From NCBI GenBank assembly GCA_964016885.1, contig OZ024747.1:38006001-38070000 (forward strand): 64,000 bases of DNA. The letters are read 5' to 3'. A program made the translations under genes and the position numbers. Of the stretch, positions 1 to 13,513 are shown one piece after another (positions within the stretch are counted from its first letter, which is position 1; each line of letters begins with the position of its first letter). The notes below the pieces were generated by a model, which was not told where the DNA came from, ran no database searches, and saw nothing but the letters and a program-made list of their open reading frames with translations. The DNA is from Eledone cirrhosa. Lineage: Eukaryota.

Positions 1-640
1 TATGAGTTGCACTTTGTAAGCGTACAATCGCAAGTTCTTGTGTAGGACTTTTTGAACTATTGAACGTGGCAGTTGTAACTGTCTGGCAGCAGTAGGAATG
101 AACTTTGTAGGAGAATACTGAAAGGCTTGTCTTACACGATCAATGTTTTCCTCAGATGTTCTTGGTCTTCCACTTCTACCTTTATCCAACAACGTCCCTG
201 TCTCCATAAATTTCTTGTGCCATGCATGAATTGACGGACGTGACGGTGGATCTTTTACATACTTAGTTCTGTAGTTTCACTGAGTCAGCGTATCCGATTT
301 TGTTTCAATAAACCATGACACACATTGTGCCTTTTCATGAGGAGTAGCCATTTTTAGCGGTTCCCCTTTCATCAACATGATACCAGAAATAAATAACTGT
401 AATGTGATTAAAAACTTTGATAATTATTTGTTTCTACTTTAGGCACAAGGCCAGCAATAACCCAGTTCATTACTGGTACTTTATTTTATCGACCCCGTAA
501 GGATGAAAGGCAAAGTCAACCTCGGCGGGATTTGAACCGAGGTTGACTTTGCCTTTCATCCTTAAAACTTTGATAATTATTGATAACTATTGAGTACATA
601 AAGTCTCTTTAAATTGTAAAGAGACTTTATGGACACGCTG
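1..640 (-). mobile_element. Tc1/mariner-type DNA transposon, 5' part (TIR + decayed transposase N-terminus), runs off window start
   Basis: Minus strand from ATG at 351 reads MATPHEKAQCVSWFIETKSDTLTQ*NYRTKYVKDPPSRPSIHAWHKKFMETGTLLDKGRSGRPRTSEENIDRVRQAF...KVQL (HTH + GRPR motif, one stop). Terminus CAGCGTGTCCATAAAG starts at 640, flanked by TA (641-642). Interrupted by a SINE. Confidence 0.85.
429..563 (-). mobile_element. 5'-truncated tRNA-derived SINE with inverted 5' segment and 18-bp TSD
   Basis: Central domain CTTTGCCTTTCATCCTTACGGGGTCGATAAAATAAAGTACCAG shared with copies at 842, 39772, 41511. TSD AAAACTTTGATAATTATT at 411-428 and 564-581. 499-525 is inverted at 537-563. Confidence 0.85.
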
Positions 641-724
641 TATATTATACATATAATCATATATATACACACTCATATATATATATATACATATATACAT
701 ACACACATACATACATACACACAC

Positions 725-806
<82 letters not shown>

Positions 807-811
807 GTAAT

Positions 812-1331
812 TGTAATCTGAGTTTTTCGAATATTAATAATTGTTTCTACGTTAGGCACAAGGCCAGCAATTATCAGTGCATTACTGGTACTTTATTTTA
901 TCGACCCCGTAAGGATGAAAGGCAAAGTTAACCTTGGCGGGATTTGAACTCAGAATGGCAAGGGCCGTAACTCTATACGTCAAAGCATGGCGTCCGACCC
1001 TCTACCAATACTATCAATCCACCGCCCTTTTCGAATATTAATAATAATATTCGATTCGTTTGCAATTATGCAAGCAGCCTCTTTTTTATTTTTTAAAGCC
1101 ATGTCACTTCGCAGGTGAACAATGAACAGCAGAACAACGAACAGTGAACAGTGAACACAGAAGAATGAACAATGAAGGCAGAAACATTAGTGTCTGCAGT
1201 TTTGTTTACATGCTAACACAAGAGCAGGAATGAGGGGTTCATTCTACTGACATGGCTTTAAAAAAGTTTTTTTTTGTACAATTGCAAACGAATCGAATAT
1301 TATTATCAATATTCGAAAAAATCAGATTACA
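812..1331. mobile_element. MITE / non-autonomous TIR element interrupted by a SINE
   Basis: Long imperfect TIRs: TGTAATCTGAGTTTTTCGAATATTAATAATAATATTCGATTCGTTTGCAATT...TTTAAAGCCATGTCA (left, split by SINE) vs TGACATGGCTTTAAA...AATTGCAAACGAATCGAATATTATTATCAATATTCGAAAAAATCAGATTACA (right). Non-coding interior. Confidence 0.65.
842..1027 (-). mobile_element. Full-length tRNA-derived SINE with 18-bp TSD
   Basis: A-box-like TGATAGTATTGG, B-box GAGTTCAAATC, shared central domain. TSD TTTTCGAATATTAATAAT at 824-841 and 1028-1045. Confidence 0.9.
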
Positions 1332-1536
1332 TTTATTGCATTCAGCCATGTAGAGCGATAATTTATATATATTTATTGTTATACTTGGGGAGGATCATAT
1401 TGTTATAATATTGCCAGAAATGAAAACAGAACACACTCACTGTCTGGTTTGGTTTCGGTTGGATTTCGCTTCTGTATCTTTTATATCTCCATTGTTAATT
1501 TATTTGGCAATCAGTGTTTATCATTGATTGACCAAC

Positions 1537-1590
<54 letters not shown>

Positions 1591-1596
<6 letters not shown>

Positions 1597-1832
1597 TAAC
1601 AGATTAAAGTTTAAGCAAAGAATCGCTGCTTTCACCCTTAATGGGATCTTTTGCCATAACGGGATCTCCTGAATCTCAGAAGATCCCATTAAGGGTGAAA
1701 GCAGCGATTCTTTGCTTAAACTTTATTCTGTTATTTTAATAAATATTTGCTCTATGATTTTATATATTTTTGTACATATATTATCCTTGTCGAGCCCTCT
1801 TCGGATTTTAGTCTTCACATTTATTGTTATTA
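1591..1832 (+). mobile_element. Short PLE-like terminal-repeat fragment with fold-back and degenerate HHR (family A; also 20085-20153, 21752-21940)
   Basis: Arms ~1591-1660 / 1680-1739. CAGAAGA-TCCC..GGGT-GAAA-GCA..TGC-TT-AAAC at 1677-1721. Abuts (TA)n. Same tail TTTTAGTCTTCA.ATTTATT.TTATTACT in all three copies. Confidence 0.6.
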
Positions 1833-4800
1833 CTAGCAGAAAAATCGCCCTCGGGCGGTTTTTCTGTATATATAGTGTGCATATTGATATACGCAATATA
1901 TATGCTCATAGATATGATTCTAAAATTGACAATATGCATATAAATTGAACAAAGACTGTGTTACACGTCTGTAATTAGTAAAGTAATCCATGATACATTC
2001 TTTAAAAAGGCGATAATGAAGATGGGAAACGATGAAACTCTTGCCGGAAAATGTTCACGAATCTTCACTTGAGAAAGTCAACCGGAAGCTTCAAGCAGTG
2101 AATTTGAAAATAGATGCTACTGGTATGAATGAATTACATTTACCAATATGAAGAGTTGATCTCACTATATTATTGTTTTACTGTATTCCCATATAGACGT
2201 CTTAAGTTTTGTTTTTGTAGTGCCCCTTTTCTCGCAATTAAAAAGAAACTGAAATGCATTTCAACTAAAAGTGATTGATATCTGTTTTACAACACTGTAG
2301 ACTTTCTTTGTAGACACAGTTGTCAGCAAACAGAACCTTTTCATTTGATATTTTTTTCTTTTTTTCTTTTGTAACTCGTGAAAATCCAAAATACATCTGA
2401 CCATGTGAGAAGAATTGTGTTGGTAGATATACATCTATCTTTTCAAATGTCTGCCCTAGTGCCTTGTTGCATGTAAGGGCAAAGGCTGGTTTGACAGAAA
2501 ATTGCTTGCAAGTAAAGGTGAAAGGGAACTCAAGCTCTTGAGATATATGTGGTATCCTTGGGATTAGCAACCTTGTCCCAGCATTGGGACCCAATGTCAC
2601 TTCAGCTTCAATTACATGATTATGTAAACCGGTGATGATGTAGCGTGTACCACTGCAATGCCCGTTTAGAGGATCCAGATTACTCAGAAGCATGATGCAA
2701 CTGCCTTTCTTCAGTTTAAGTATTGTGTTGGGAAGCCTGATGGCGTAAGTTTGTTGATGAACTCAATTGGATATCGCAGTTCATTATCTACTGTATCAGA
2801 GCTTCTGTAGATTATTTCATGACCAGGTAACTTGTTGACCATGAACTCATTTACCAATCTTGTTGCATCATTTGCTGGAGTGATAATGGCTCTATTTGCA
2901 AGTCATAGTGGGTTTGCGTAGTTTCCTGGAAGATTTGTATACACAAAGTCACACAGTCCAGACACATTACCATATTCCAGACAAAGTTCATTTGGCAGAA
3001 GAATTGTGAATGCACCTACAGTTGGAACAGTTGGAATGTTGCCATTTCCCACATCAAGAATGTAGTTTGCAAACTGTCTTTCACCAGAATCCTTTGCATT
3101 AATTAACCGTTGATTGGTTGGCATCTCCATGGCTTCCACACACTCCCAGAGATAGGATCTGTTGATGGTTGCCTCAACTATTTGTGGTTTAGCACCGTGA
3201 CGTGCAACTGGAAGAATTTGCTTCTAATCACCAGATAGTAATACTGTTAGACCACCAAATGGCTTTTTGCAATCTCTAACATCTTTGAAGCTTCTGTCAA
3301 GGCATTCAAAGATTTGTCCCATACCTATCTCATCAAAGATTAGCAGGTCAGCTTGCTTCATAAGATTACCTGTGCCATCCCTCTTTGTGAAGAAGCAAGT
3401 TGATTCAGCAGTCACATTGAGAGAAATCTTGCACATGGAATGAAGCAAAGTGGTTGCTATTCCAGATATGGCAGTGACAAGTGCAATTTATTTTAGATCG
3501 GAGGTAATCCAATAGGATGTTTATGACGTAGGTCTTTCCTGTGCCTGCACTTGCATTCAAGCAGAAAATTCTACCTTCATTTTCATTTACAGAGGTGATT
3601 ACTTTGTGAAAAATAACCAGTTGCTCAGGATTCAATGTTGGCAGATGTTTATTTATGTTTGCTTGCAGTTGGTGTGTATTGAAACCAGTTTCTGCCATAA
3701 GATCCCTGTTGATTTCTGGTATGGCAACAATAGTTGGGTCTGGCCGAGGAAGTCCATAGTTGGCATGAATGTCCAAGCCATCATGTTGAAGTCTTTGTTG
3801 GATCTTCAGTAGTATAATCTGCACGGTTTGCATGGACATTACTTGCTCAATACGTTCATGCATGATATCCTCTGCAAGACAATTCTTCTAGAACTGAAGA
3901 GGGTCATTTGGCAGGCAGTACAATAAAATGGTGCAGAAGATCTCTCGCAGCTGAGGACCAAGCATAATGGATGAGGCCTCGTCCATAGCTTTGTCTTTTT
4001 CTCCATCTTCATCCAACAGACCAAGTTTCCTCTATGCTTCTTGTAATGTTGGAAATTCAACACCTTCAATTGTCCCCAAATCTTTGTATGAAGTTGACCC
4101 AGCCTTGTGATGTAGGATCATCCTGAGATAATATAATTCAGATTGATGTCTACTGAGAGATACTGTTGGAATTCGTCCATGATATTCACTCATACATTGT
4201 TGATCACCATCCAGATGTCCCTCTTTTCTTCTTGCCACTATTTGCTTGTCCAAGTGAACATTTAGGAATATCAAAATATACAATATGTTTTGTGCCAGTG
4301 GGTCTCTAATATTCAGTTGAAAATATTCCGTCAACTTAGTCATTGGATGTCCCCTAGAAACAATACTTTCTTCCTGCCTTCGCTAATACAGGACCATTTG
4401 TTCCCCAGGTAAATGGCAAGGCAACTTTTCAACTGGCGGTTTTCGATGATGTAATGTAAATTTATAGATTCTCCAGAATGCTTCACTGGCTTAGATGTAC
4501 CGTGCATTGATATAGGTCTCAATCTCATTTTGGGCATGGACACAATTTCCTTGATTATCCTTAATAGTGAAAGTGATCTTGTCTGATCCTTTTTTTAATG
4601 TCTTATATTAGTACTTAACAGTCTTGACACTGTGGACAACATCACAATTGATTTGGCACTGATATTTCAATGAGAGGAAACGGTTGTATGGAACAATCCA
4701 ACGATTATCACAGTAAGTTTTTTACCTTTAAGTTGGATTGCATGGGTGTGACCACCATGCTGTTTATCCCTTCTTCCATATTCCGGAAAGGAATTTTCGG

Positions 4801-6640
4801 CAACAAATGTGGTTTGTCTGAATGCCTTAGGATAACTTTTTGAGCAATGGCGTTGTTGTCCTAGCCCTTCCATACATGGGCACATCATATTAGATTGCCC
4901 ACATGGGCCATGCATGTTGCAGGATGCGATGATCTTATGCAGAATTGGATTGTTCTCCTTATCAGGAATCTCACAGTGCATTACCTGATGAATTGCACCA
5001 GCAGTTTTGTGTTTGCTATCTTCAGCCATTATCAGCAGAATATGAGCATGAGTGAGGCCTCGTTTCTACCACTCTATTGTAGCAGAATGAGCCACAACTT
5101 TTCCTAGGACATTTCGTTTCAGTATGTCATCCATGAGGCTGTCATACTAGATCTTTAAGACTCTTGCACAAATATCAGGACGGTCTCTAGGTTCTTCACC
5201 AGGGTGCAAACTATTTTTTATTTCATCCCAGTTAGGCTTAGTTGTTACTGTGATGAAATAAGATGGCTTTCCCATGTGTCGAACCACAGTCATCGAATTC
5301 TGAAAGCAGTCATAGTAAAAGCGAGGGGAACCATAGATTGAAGGAGGAAGAACAAATCTCTGGCCTACATTTACTGAATCTCCTTCAGCCACAGCATCAT
5401 ACCATCCCTCATACTTTTCAGCTCATGGTTTGATTGTTGCGGGCCCATTTGAGGCGACAATGTTCTTTTTTTGCCTGGGCATCTACATCATATTGCTGCA
5501 TCAGCCGCCTGCTCTTCATGATAGTGTTACAGTCACCTTGCCTTACCTGAAACTGATAACAGTAGAAATCAGTTGGTGTGAGTATGTGGTTGTTGTCAAT
5601 CCTTTACAAACCAAACTGAAACCCATCATTCCCCCATGGAGACAGTAGCACATAATGCAGAGGATCATAAGAACGGTGCAAGTGATGAATCCTCTGCAGA
5701 CCACCATCTCTTTTAAGAATGATGACATCCAAGAGACCTAATGCTGTATGAGGTTGAATAACAGCAATCTGAGATGCCATGGGAAGATTATATGTGCGAC
5801 TATGAAAATCAGTGGGTTTTACTTTGTCAACATGTAGGACAATATCCACATTTTCAGAGACTGGCATTTCAATGACTGCCTTGAAGCTTCTTATATAGGA
5901 GTTGCATTAGTGCAAGTCTTCTTGCAGGTCCTGTAGGAGAGCAGTATCTAAATTAGCATGATGCAAGCGATTCTGGAGCACATGATCTGTATCATAGAAG
6001 TAAAGCTGCGCAAACCTGGGTGAAGCATCACTTGGAAATAGTGATCCAATAATATGACAAATCTTACCTTGGATCATAAATGTGTGAATAAATCCTGGTG
6101 CTTTAATCTCTTTGCAACCAATTGAAGCTAAGGCAAGCACATTGTTATATGCCCGTATATTATGGAGAAAAGAATTTCCTGTTTGAGTGATATCGAAATA
6201 TTTCAGTATATTTGGTGGAGGAGGAGGAGGAAGTTGAGGGAGTTAGACTTTTCCTGGAAGCAGCACAGAGATTTGGGTTCATGCGGCCAGCGATAAGCTT
6301 TGCAGTGTGGACAAACAGAGGCAAATAGATTCCCTACATTATGTTGTGGCATTATGGAAAGAAAAGTTTGCTTTTGGAAAGGTTCATCTGTAGGATTCTT
6401 TGCCAGACCTACAATTGACCTGTTCCTTCCTTTCTGAACGTTTGGTGTATTTGTTGCAAGTTGTTGTTGGTGTGTTAACTGAATTACATTTGTAGAAAGT
6501 TGTGGGGATATTGTAGAGCGATTATTGTTTGATTGATTTGCCCTCATCTCTCTTTGTCATTGTGCGTTTGCTGCCATGCTTTGGGATTTAGATGAGAAAT
6601 GTTTTCAGCGTCCCATAGTCACTCTCTGTCATGTATCTAT
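1833..6640 (-). mobile_element. Helitron (decayed autonomous); 5' boundary approximate
   Basis: 3' end on minus strand: hairpin CCGCCCGAGGGCG, then TTTTTCTG-CTAG|T at 1833. Fragmented RepHel coding sequence upstream. Confidence 0.9.
2265..6547 (-). pseudogene. Helitron Rep-helicase (HUH endonuclease + Pif1-like helicase), many stops/frameshifts
   Basis: CPHCKAYRW..CC N-terminus; YDPLHYVLL; Rep motifs KPSYFITVTTKPNW and IEW*KRGLTHAHILL; MHGPCG; Walker A ASAGTGKT; LIFDE; PFGGLTVLLSGD; AFALTCNKALGQT; FFSHGQMY. Confidence 0.92.
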
Positions 6641-6694
6641 AAATATATGTTATCTCTACGGTAAAATCTTAGCAATAAATATATGTTAAAACAA

Positions 6695-6946
<252 letters not shown>

Positions 6947-7173
6947 GTTTGTAGTTGTAAGGCCAAGCAATGCAGGTATGGATATAGAATATAAATGTAA
7001 ATGCAAAAGATATTGTTGACAATTAGTCTTTTACCTTAAATTTATTTAAAACTAGAAAAGTTTATACCTCATTACACAATGCTTCAAGTGAACTATAACT
7101 TCCACCATATATATATATATCAAGTAAGTATGTTTTGAAACAGTGAGCGAGTTTGAAATTAGAAAATATATAG

Positions 7174-7356
7174 CTTTCACCGTATTTTTAACTAAAGGAA
7201 TTTTAGCTTGATAACGGGGTTTAGAACCCTCAGATAAATGGAAAAAGATGAGTATTGACGTACATGGGACGTCAATACTCATCTTTTTCCATTTATCTGA
7301 GGGTTCTAAACCCCGTTATCAAGCTATAATTCCTTCAGTTAAAAATACGGTGAAAG
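7174..7356. repeat. 88-bp fold-back inverted repeat between TA tracts
   Basis: Arms 7174-7261 / 7269-7356, 7-nt loop ACATGGG, a few mismatches. Confidence 0.85.
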
Positions 7357-7392
7357 ATATATATATATAGGTTCCTTACCACATTTCCTCCG

Positions 7393-7796
<404 letters not shown>

Positions 7797-7839
7797 GCCG
7801 GAGTATCGCTAAAAAGCTTTCTCCGATATTGTATTTATT

Positions 7840-7880
<41 letters not shown>

Positions 7881-7903
7881 AAGACACAAATATCGAAACT
7901 GAC

Positions 7904-8783
7904 ATGCACTACAAACCAACAGATTCCAAACAATATCTGCTATTCACCTCCAACCATCCAAAGCACACGAAGACGAACATTCCTTTTAACCTAGCAAGAA
8001 GAATTTGCACAATTGTCTCCAATTATGAAACGCGAAATAAAAGACTTCAAGAATTAAAGGAAATTCTACTCGAGAGAGAGTACCCACTATTACTAATAAA
8101 TAATGGAATAGAAAGGGCTAAAGCAATAGGCATTGATGAATTACGGAAACAGAAACAAATTCAAGGTACGTCCAATATTCTATCGTATATCTCAACACAC
8201 AACCCAAGAAATGCGGAAGCTTACAACACTATTCACAAGAACATCCCACTACTAAAACAAAACCCAAGAATGAAAAAAGCCCTTGAAACACAAAATAATC
8301 AAAAGCAAAAGACAACCAAAATCACTGAAAACATTACTCACCAATGCCAAATTACCTACCACAAACCCACAACCAAGTATAAAAAAATGTGGTCGCTCTA
8401 ATTGTGGAACCTGCACTCACCTCATTGAAGGCAACACGTATACATTTAAATCAGGACAACATTTTACTGTAAAAAATCACTTTACTTGCTCATCAAAAAA
8501 TCTAATTTATGCCATTAAATGTAAAGGATGCAATGAAGATTATATAGGACAAACTAAACTCACACTCAGAAACAGAATGACAGTTCATCGCCAACAATTA
8601 CGAAATCCAACCACGAGACAGACACCACTAAGTGCATATCTAGACATTTGCGCAAGTAATAAGACACCCAAATTCCAAGTCTTCCCATTTTACCTTTGCG
8701 CTAACAATACAACAGAACAAATACGAATAAATAAGGAAAATATCTTTATTCAAAAATATAGACCAGCATTAAATATGGTTTAA
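7904..8783 (+). pseudogene. PLE RT thumb + Cys-rich linker + GIY-YIG endonuclease (frameshift near 8290)
   Basis: YKPTDSKQYLLFTSNHPKHTKTNIPFNLARRIC; CGRSNCGTC; FTCSSKNLIYAIKCKGCNEDYIGQT..LRNRMTVHR; KENIFIQKYRPALN. Confidence 0.9.
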
Positions 8784-8989
8784 TATACATTATGTCAACA
8801 CCATAATATGACATACACACACACACATAACACCTTCTACTTTAGAAAATAAAAACCCGAACTAAATAAAACTTAACATACGTTTGCACTGACAATACAA
8901 CAGAACAAATACGAATAAGTAAGGAAAATATGTTCATTCAAAAATATTCCTACTAAAGTAATCACTTTCCTACACACACACGCACACAC

Positions 8990-9040
<51 letters not shown>

Positions 9041-9043
<3 letters not shown>

Positions 9044-9589
9044 GATAAATCTACCAAGAGTTTACGGTAGTGTCCAATCCGTATGAAGAACTCAATGTAT
9101 TCCGGATATCATGGAAAGAAGAGATGTAATGAAAAACCACTTTCGGTGAAAGATAAACGGTATACAGAGTCAAGATAAAATATTAAACAAATAATGAATA
9201 AACAATTCCTTATATTAAACAAAAAAAGTTCATTATTTAACGATCGTTTCTAGGATATATATGTGTGATAGAATTGGTATGCATATTCAACAGATCTATG
9301 TACAAAATTATACAAAATTATACAAATTATCAAGATTAAATATACATACCAAACACATATATACGCCGTCTTCAGAAATAATAATTTATTTCTGAAGACG
9401 GCGTATATATGTGTTTGGTATGTATATTTAATCTTGATAATTTGTATAATTTTGTATAATTTTGTACATAGATCTGTTGAATATGCATACCAATTCTATC
9501 ACACATATATATCCTAGAAACGATCGTTAAATAATGAACTTTTTTTGTTTAATATAAGGAATTGTTTATTCATTATTTGTTTAATATTT

Positions 9590-9590
<1 letters not shown>
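9041..9590. mobile_element. Fold-back HHR element, family C, nested in a (TA)n tract of the PLE 3' region
   Basis: 205-bp arms 9177-9381 / 9386-9590, apparently identical. Same terminus GTAGATAAATCTACC as the copy at 21984. Confidence 0.85.
9386..9534 (+). ncRNA. Candidate type I hammerhead ribozyme with long (~118 nt) stem-loop II (mirror copy 9233-9381, minus)
   Basis: Stem I TTATTT/AAATAA; CTGAAGA 9392-9398; stem II TATATATGTG...CACATATATA; GAAA 9517-9520; palindromic CGATCG; GUU triplet. Confidence 0.6.
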
Positions 9591-9626
<36 letters not shown>

Positions 9627-9871
9627 TCTTCATCTTAACATGCTAACCATACTCCCACACACATAACACCCATACACACACATAACAACCTCCACACCCA
9701 CAACGCCCTCCCCATTTCTACTAATAGAACCACTTTCCTACACACATATATACACACACACAAAATATATATTCTCTCCATCTTAACATACTCGCACACA
9801 CACACATAACACCCATATACACACACACACAACTCCCTCCCCCATTTCTACTAATAGAATCATCTTCCAAT

Positions 9872-9903
<32 letters not shown>

Positions 9904-10765
9904 ACAGACACACACACACACAAGCACACAAATAAACATACATATCTTTACTTCAATAGAAAATCTGAACTCTGATACCCAAGCGAACTAACCATATTCA
10001 CTGAACCAGAACAATTCTACCAATCCCATTTCTCTTGACCACTATCTTTCCCTTGTCATAACATTCTCTATAAAGGCTACAGAATAGATTTCCAAATAAG
10101 GGCGCGAAAATGTAATGAAAACTTGTTCATGTGACAGCCAAATTTCATTTATAACCAATCAAATCACGTTTATTAAAGAAAAGCCTTCGTGAGCCACCTT
10201 TTTTTAAAGTAAAGAAATTCAAACACACACACACACAACACACACGCACACACAAGCACACAAATAAACATACATATCTTTACTTTCTTTATTCAATAGA
10301 AAGTCTGAATTCTGACACCCCAGCGAACTAACCATATTCACTGAACCAGAACAATTCTCCCATCCCTTTCTCTTGACCATTATCTTTCACTTATCATAAA
10401 ATTCTCTAAAAAGGCTACAGAATGGATTTCCAAATAAGGGCACGAAAATTTAATGTAAACTTGTTCACGTGATAGCCATAATTTCATTTATAACCAACCC
10501 CAAAAAAGCCTTCGTGAGCCCCTTTTTTCAAGTAAAAAGAAATTCAAACAGTCATATATGAAAAAACAACCTGTGACAACCCCCCCTCTTATTTGAAGAA
10601 CTATTGTAACGCGAACTGGCGCAAAATTTATTATAATTATTGACAAACCGATCAAATTACTTCTCGAAAAACCTGGCATTTCGAGCCACTTTTTCCATAT
10701 AAAACAAGTAACATTCAGAGACCAACCAGATGTGAGAAAAACCACAGACCCTCCATCTCAACTCA

Positions 10766-10800
10766 CCTTATGAAAAGCAGAACTGCGAAACCGGTAAAGG
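10766..10800 (+). ncRNA. Degenerate HHR at PLE 3' end
   Basis: CCTT-ATGAAAA-GCAG AA CTGC-GAAA-CCGG-TA-AAGG: stems intact, core mutated from CUGANGA. Confidence 0.5.
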
Positions 10801-10932
10801 AACCAAATAAATATATATATTTAAAAAAAAAAATAAGACTCCAGTTGCATTTTCGATTTCATCTCTTTTTCTTTATACTTTCACTCGTGTAGGACACCTC
10901 GGTTATTTTTCATTTTGTAAAAAAAACCTCAC

Positions 10933-11062
<130 letters not shown>

Positions 11063-11312
11063 ATACATAAAAGGGGAAAGCTTACAGCGATACTCCGGCC
11101 ACATTCCATCTCACTCAACAAACATTAGGAAATATCTGAGTATATTCCTAATTAAACGTTCGGGGTGCTAACTATATTGTATTGTGTGGGGAATTGGCTG
11201 TATCATTTCATATGAGATATATAAAATATATCACTTCCCAGACGACTCGTTTCATTATAAGATTTCTACAAGTTGGGTGAAATTATACCAAATTATGTAT
11301 AAGCTTTGTTGT

Positions 11313-11386
<74 letters not shown>

Positions 11387-11545
11387 CAATGAAATTAAAC
11401 AAAAATGGTTAATTCATAGTAAAACTCATTATTTTACGATCGTTTCTGGGGGGTAGTTCTCGTATGTCCATTCTATTATTCATCTATGTAACATATATTA
11501 CAAAATATCATAGTAAGAAAATATACATACGTCTTCACTACTCGT

Positions 11546-11616
<71 letters not shown>

Positions 11617-13513
11617 GATGAAAATAAATATTTATATATATAGCTGATACACGGAAAAAATAAATATATATATATATATAGCTGAAAATAAATATATATA
11701 TATATATATAAATGGAAATAAATATATATATATATATATAGCTGAAAATAAATATACATATATATATAAATGAAAATAAATATATATATATAAATATAGC
11801 TGAAAATAAATATACATATATATATAAATGAAAATAAATATATATATATATATAGCTTACACGGAGAAAATAAATCTTTGAAATAAATGTATGTTTGAAA
11901 TAACCGAGAGACGGATTATTGTAACCGTTATGGAAGAACCATGTATGATCGTCTGCTATTTCATACATCTGACAGAGAGAGAGTAGTTTGAGGTAGTCAT
12001 AACAACAGTGGTAGCTGCAAAACGCGTATGAAAACAATATGTATACATACATATATATATATATATATATATTGGTAAACGGAATATAAAAATGCTGACA
12101 AATTGTTCACAGTGAAAAATAGTTTAATTAGGAATAAGTGATAATTAGTAATAGTATTGGTTAGTATTAAGTTTTGGTTTTAAGTTTTACCGGTTGCGCA
12201 TTTCTAATGCTTTTCAAAAATAATTTTAAGATAGAGCGTCCGTGATGTTTGCTCTGATCTGATTAGTTTTGGGAATTCTACCTGTTTTTATGTTAAAAAA
12301 GTGGCTCCAGCGGTATTAAAATAAGTTTTGCGCCAATTCGTGTTGCAAAAATTCTTGTGGTCAAAACAATTTTGATTGTTCGGTAGAGGTCATGTGAATG
12401 TAAAAAATTGATTTTGCGCCAAATGTAGGTTTGTGTCGGCTGACTGAGAAATAAGTCTAACAAATATGTGTGTGTGTGTGTGTAGTAGTAGTAAAGAGGT
12501 TCGTTGTTGTGATAATGGTCAGCAGGGATGTGTGTGTGAACCGCAACCTGTTGACAGTTCAAATACCTACTAAGACAAGTGTGTGTGTGTGTGTGTGTGT
12601 GTAGCAGAGTAATTCGTGGTAGAGGGATGGTCAGTAGGAATGTGTCTGTAAGTGTGTGGGGGATATTTTAACATGTTAAAAGATATTTTTTCAGTTCTTG
12701 TCTTATACGGAGAAGTGTGTGTGTGTGTGTGTGTGTGTGTATGTCTCTTTGTATGTTAATGTATGCGTGTGTATGTGTGTGTGTATATATGTGTGTGTGT
12801 GTGTGAGAGAGAGAATGTGTGTGTGTGTGGGTGGGTGGGTGGATCAGTATTTATTTCTGTCAAAATGGTGTACATTATTCGATATTTTCTTTAAAATCGA
12901 TTCTCTCAATAGAACATCAAAAACCTTAATAATAAAAGGTGTGAAATGATATATAGTATTGGCATAATTCCAAGGTGATGTGAGTGTGTGTGTGTGTCCA
13001 GACCGCACGTACTCCAACGGGGATCCATTAGGCCTTGCCGTATTGGAATACCTGTGCACAAATATGTATCTGGAGTGTGTCCAGAAATTGTATACCCGTG
13101 CACAAATTGTATACCTGTGCACAAATTGTACACATGTATCTGGAGTGTATCGAGAAATTGCATACCTGTGCACAAATATGTATCTGGAGTGTGTCCAGAT
13201 TGTACGTACAGCAAGGGGAACCCACTAGGCCCCGCCGTACCGGAACACCTGTGCACAAATATGTATGTGCCCATCAGTGTGCAATGCATGTGTGCGTTTA
13301 TGTATGTGTGTGTGTCGGCACGTTTATATCTATAGACATCAAAAGGTATGCAAATTTGTGTATATTTGTGTTGCACCATAGAACATGTGTGTTTACGTAT
13401 GTCATTGTGTTTATATGTGGGTAGAGATGTATGCTGATGTAGCTATGTATGTTGACGTGTGTATGTTGTGGGTTCGTCTTAGGGAGAAGTGTTTAGACGG
13501 GGTCCGTAATTTG

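Noticed and set aside
9177-9590. All fold-backs being sequencing/assembly chimeras
   Set aside because: Not fully excludable for this perfect pair, but most other pairs have arm mismatches, deletions, family-specific recurrent breakpoints or a TSD, which artefacts would not produce.
13040-13270. Repeats TACCTGTGCACAAAT...TATCTGGAGTGT that superficially resemble a CRISPR array (mirror ~18825-19045)
   Set aside because: Irregular minisatellite inside a PLE 3' region; no unique spacers, no cas genes, eukaryotic context.
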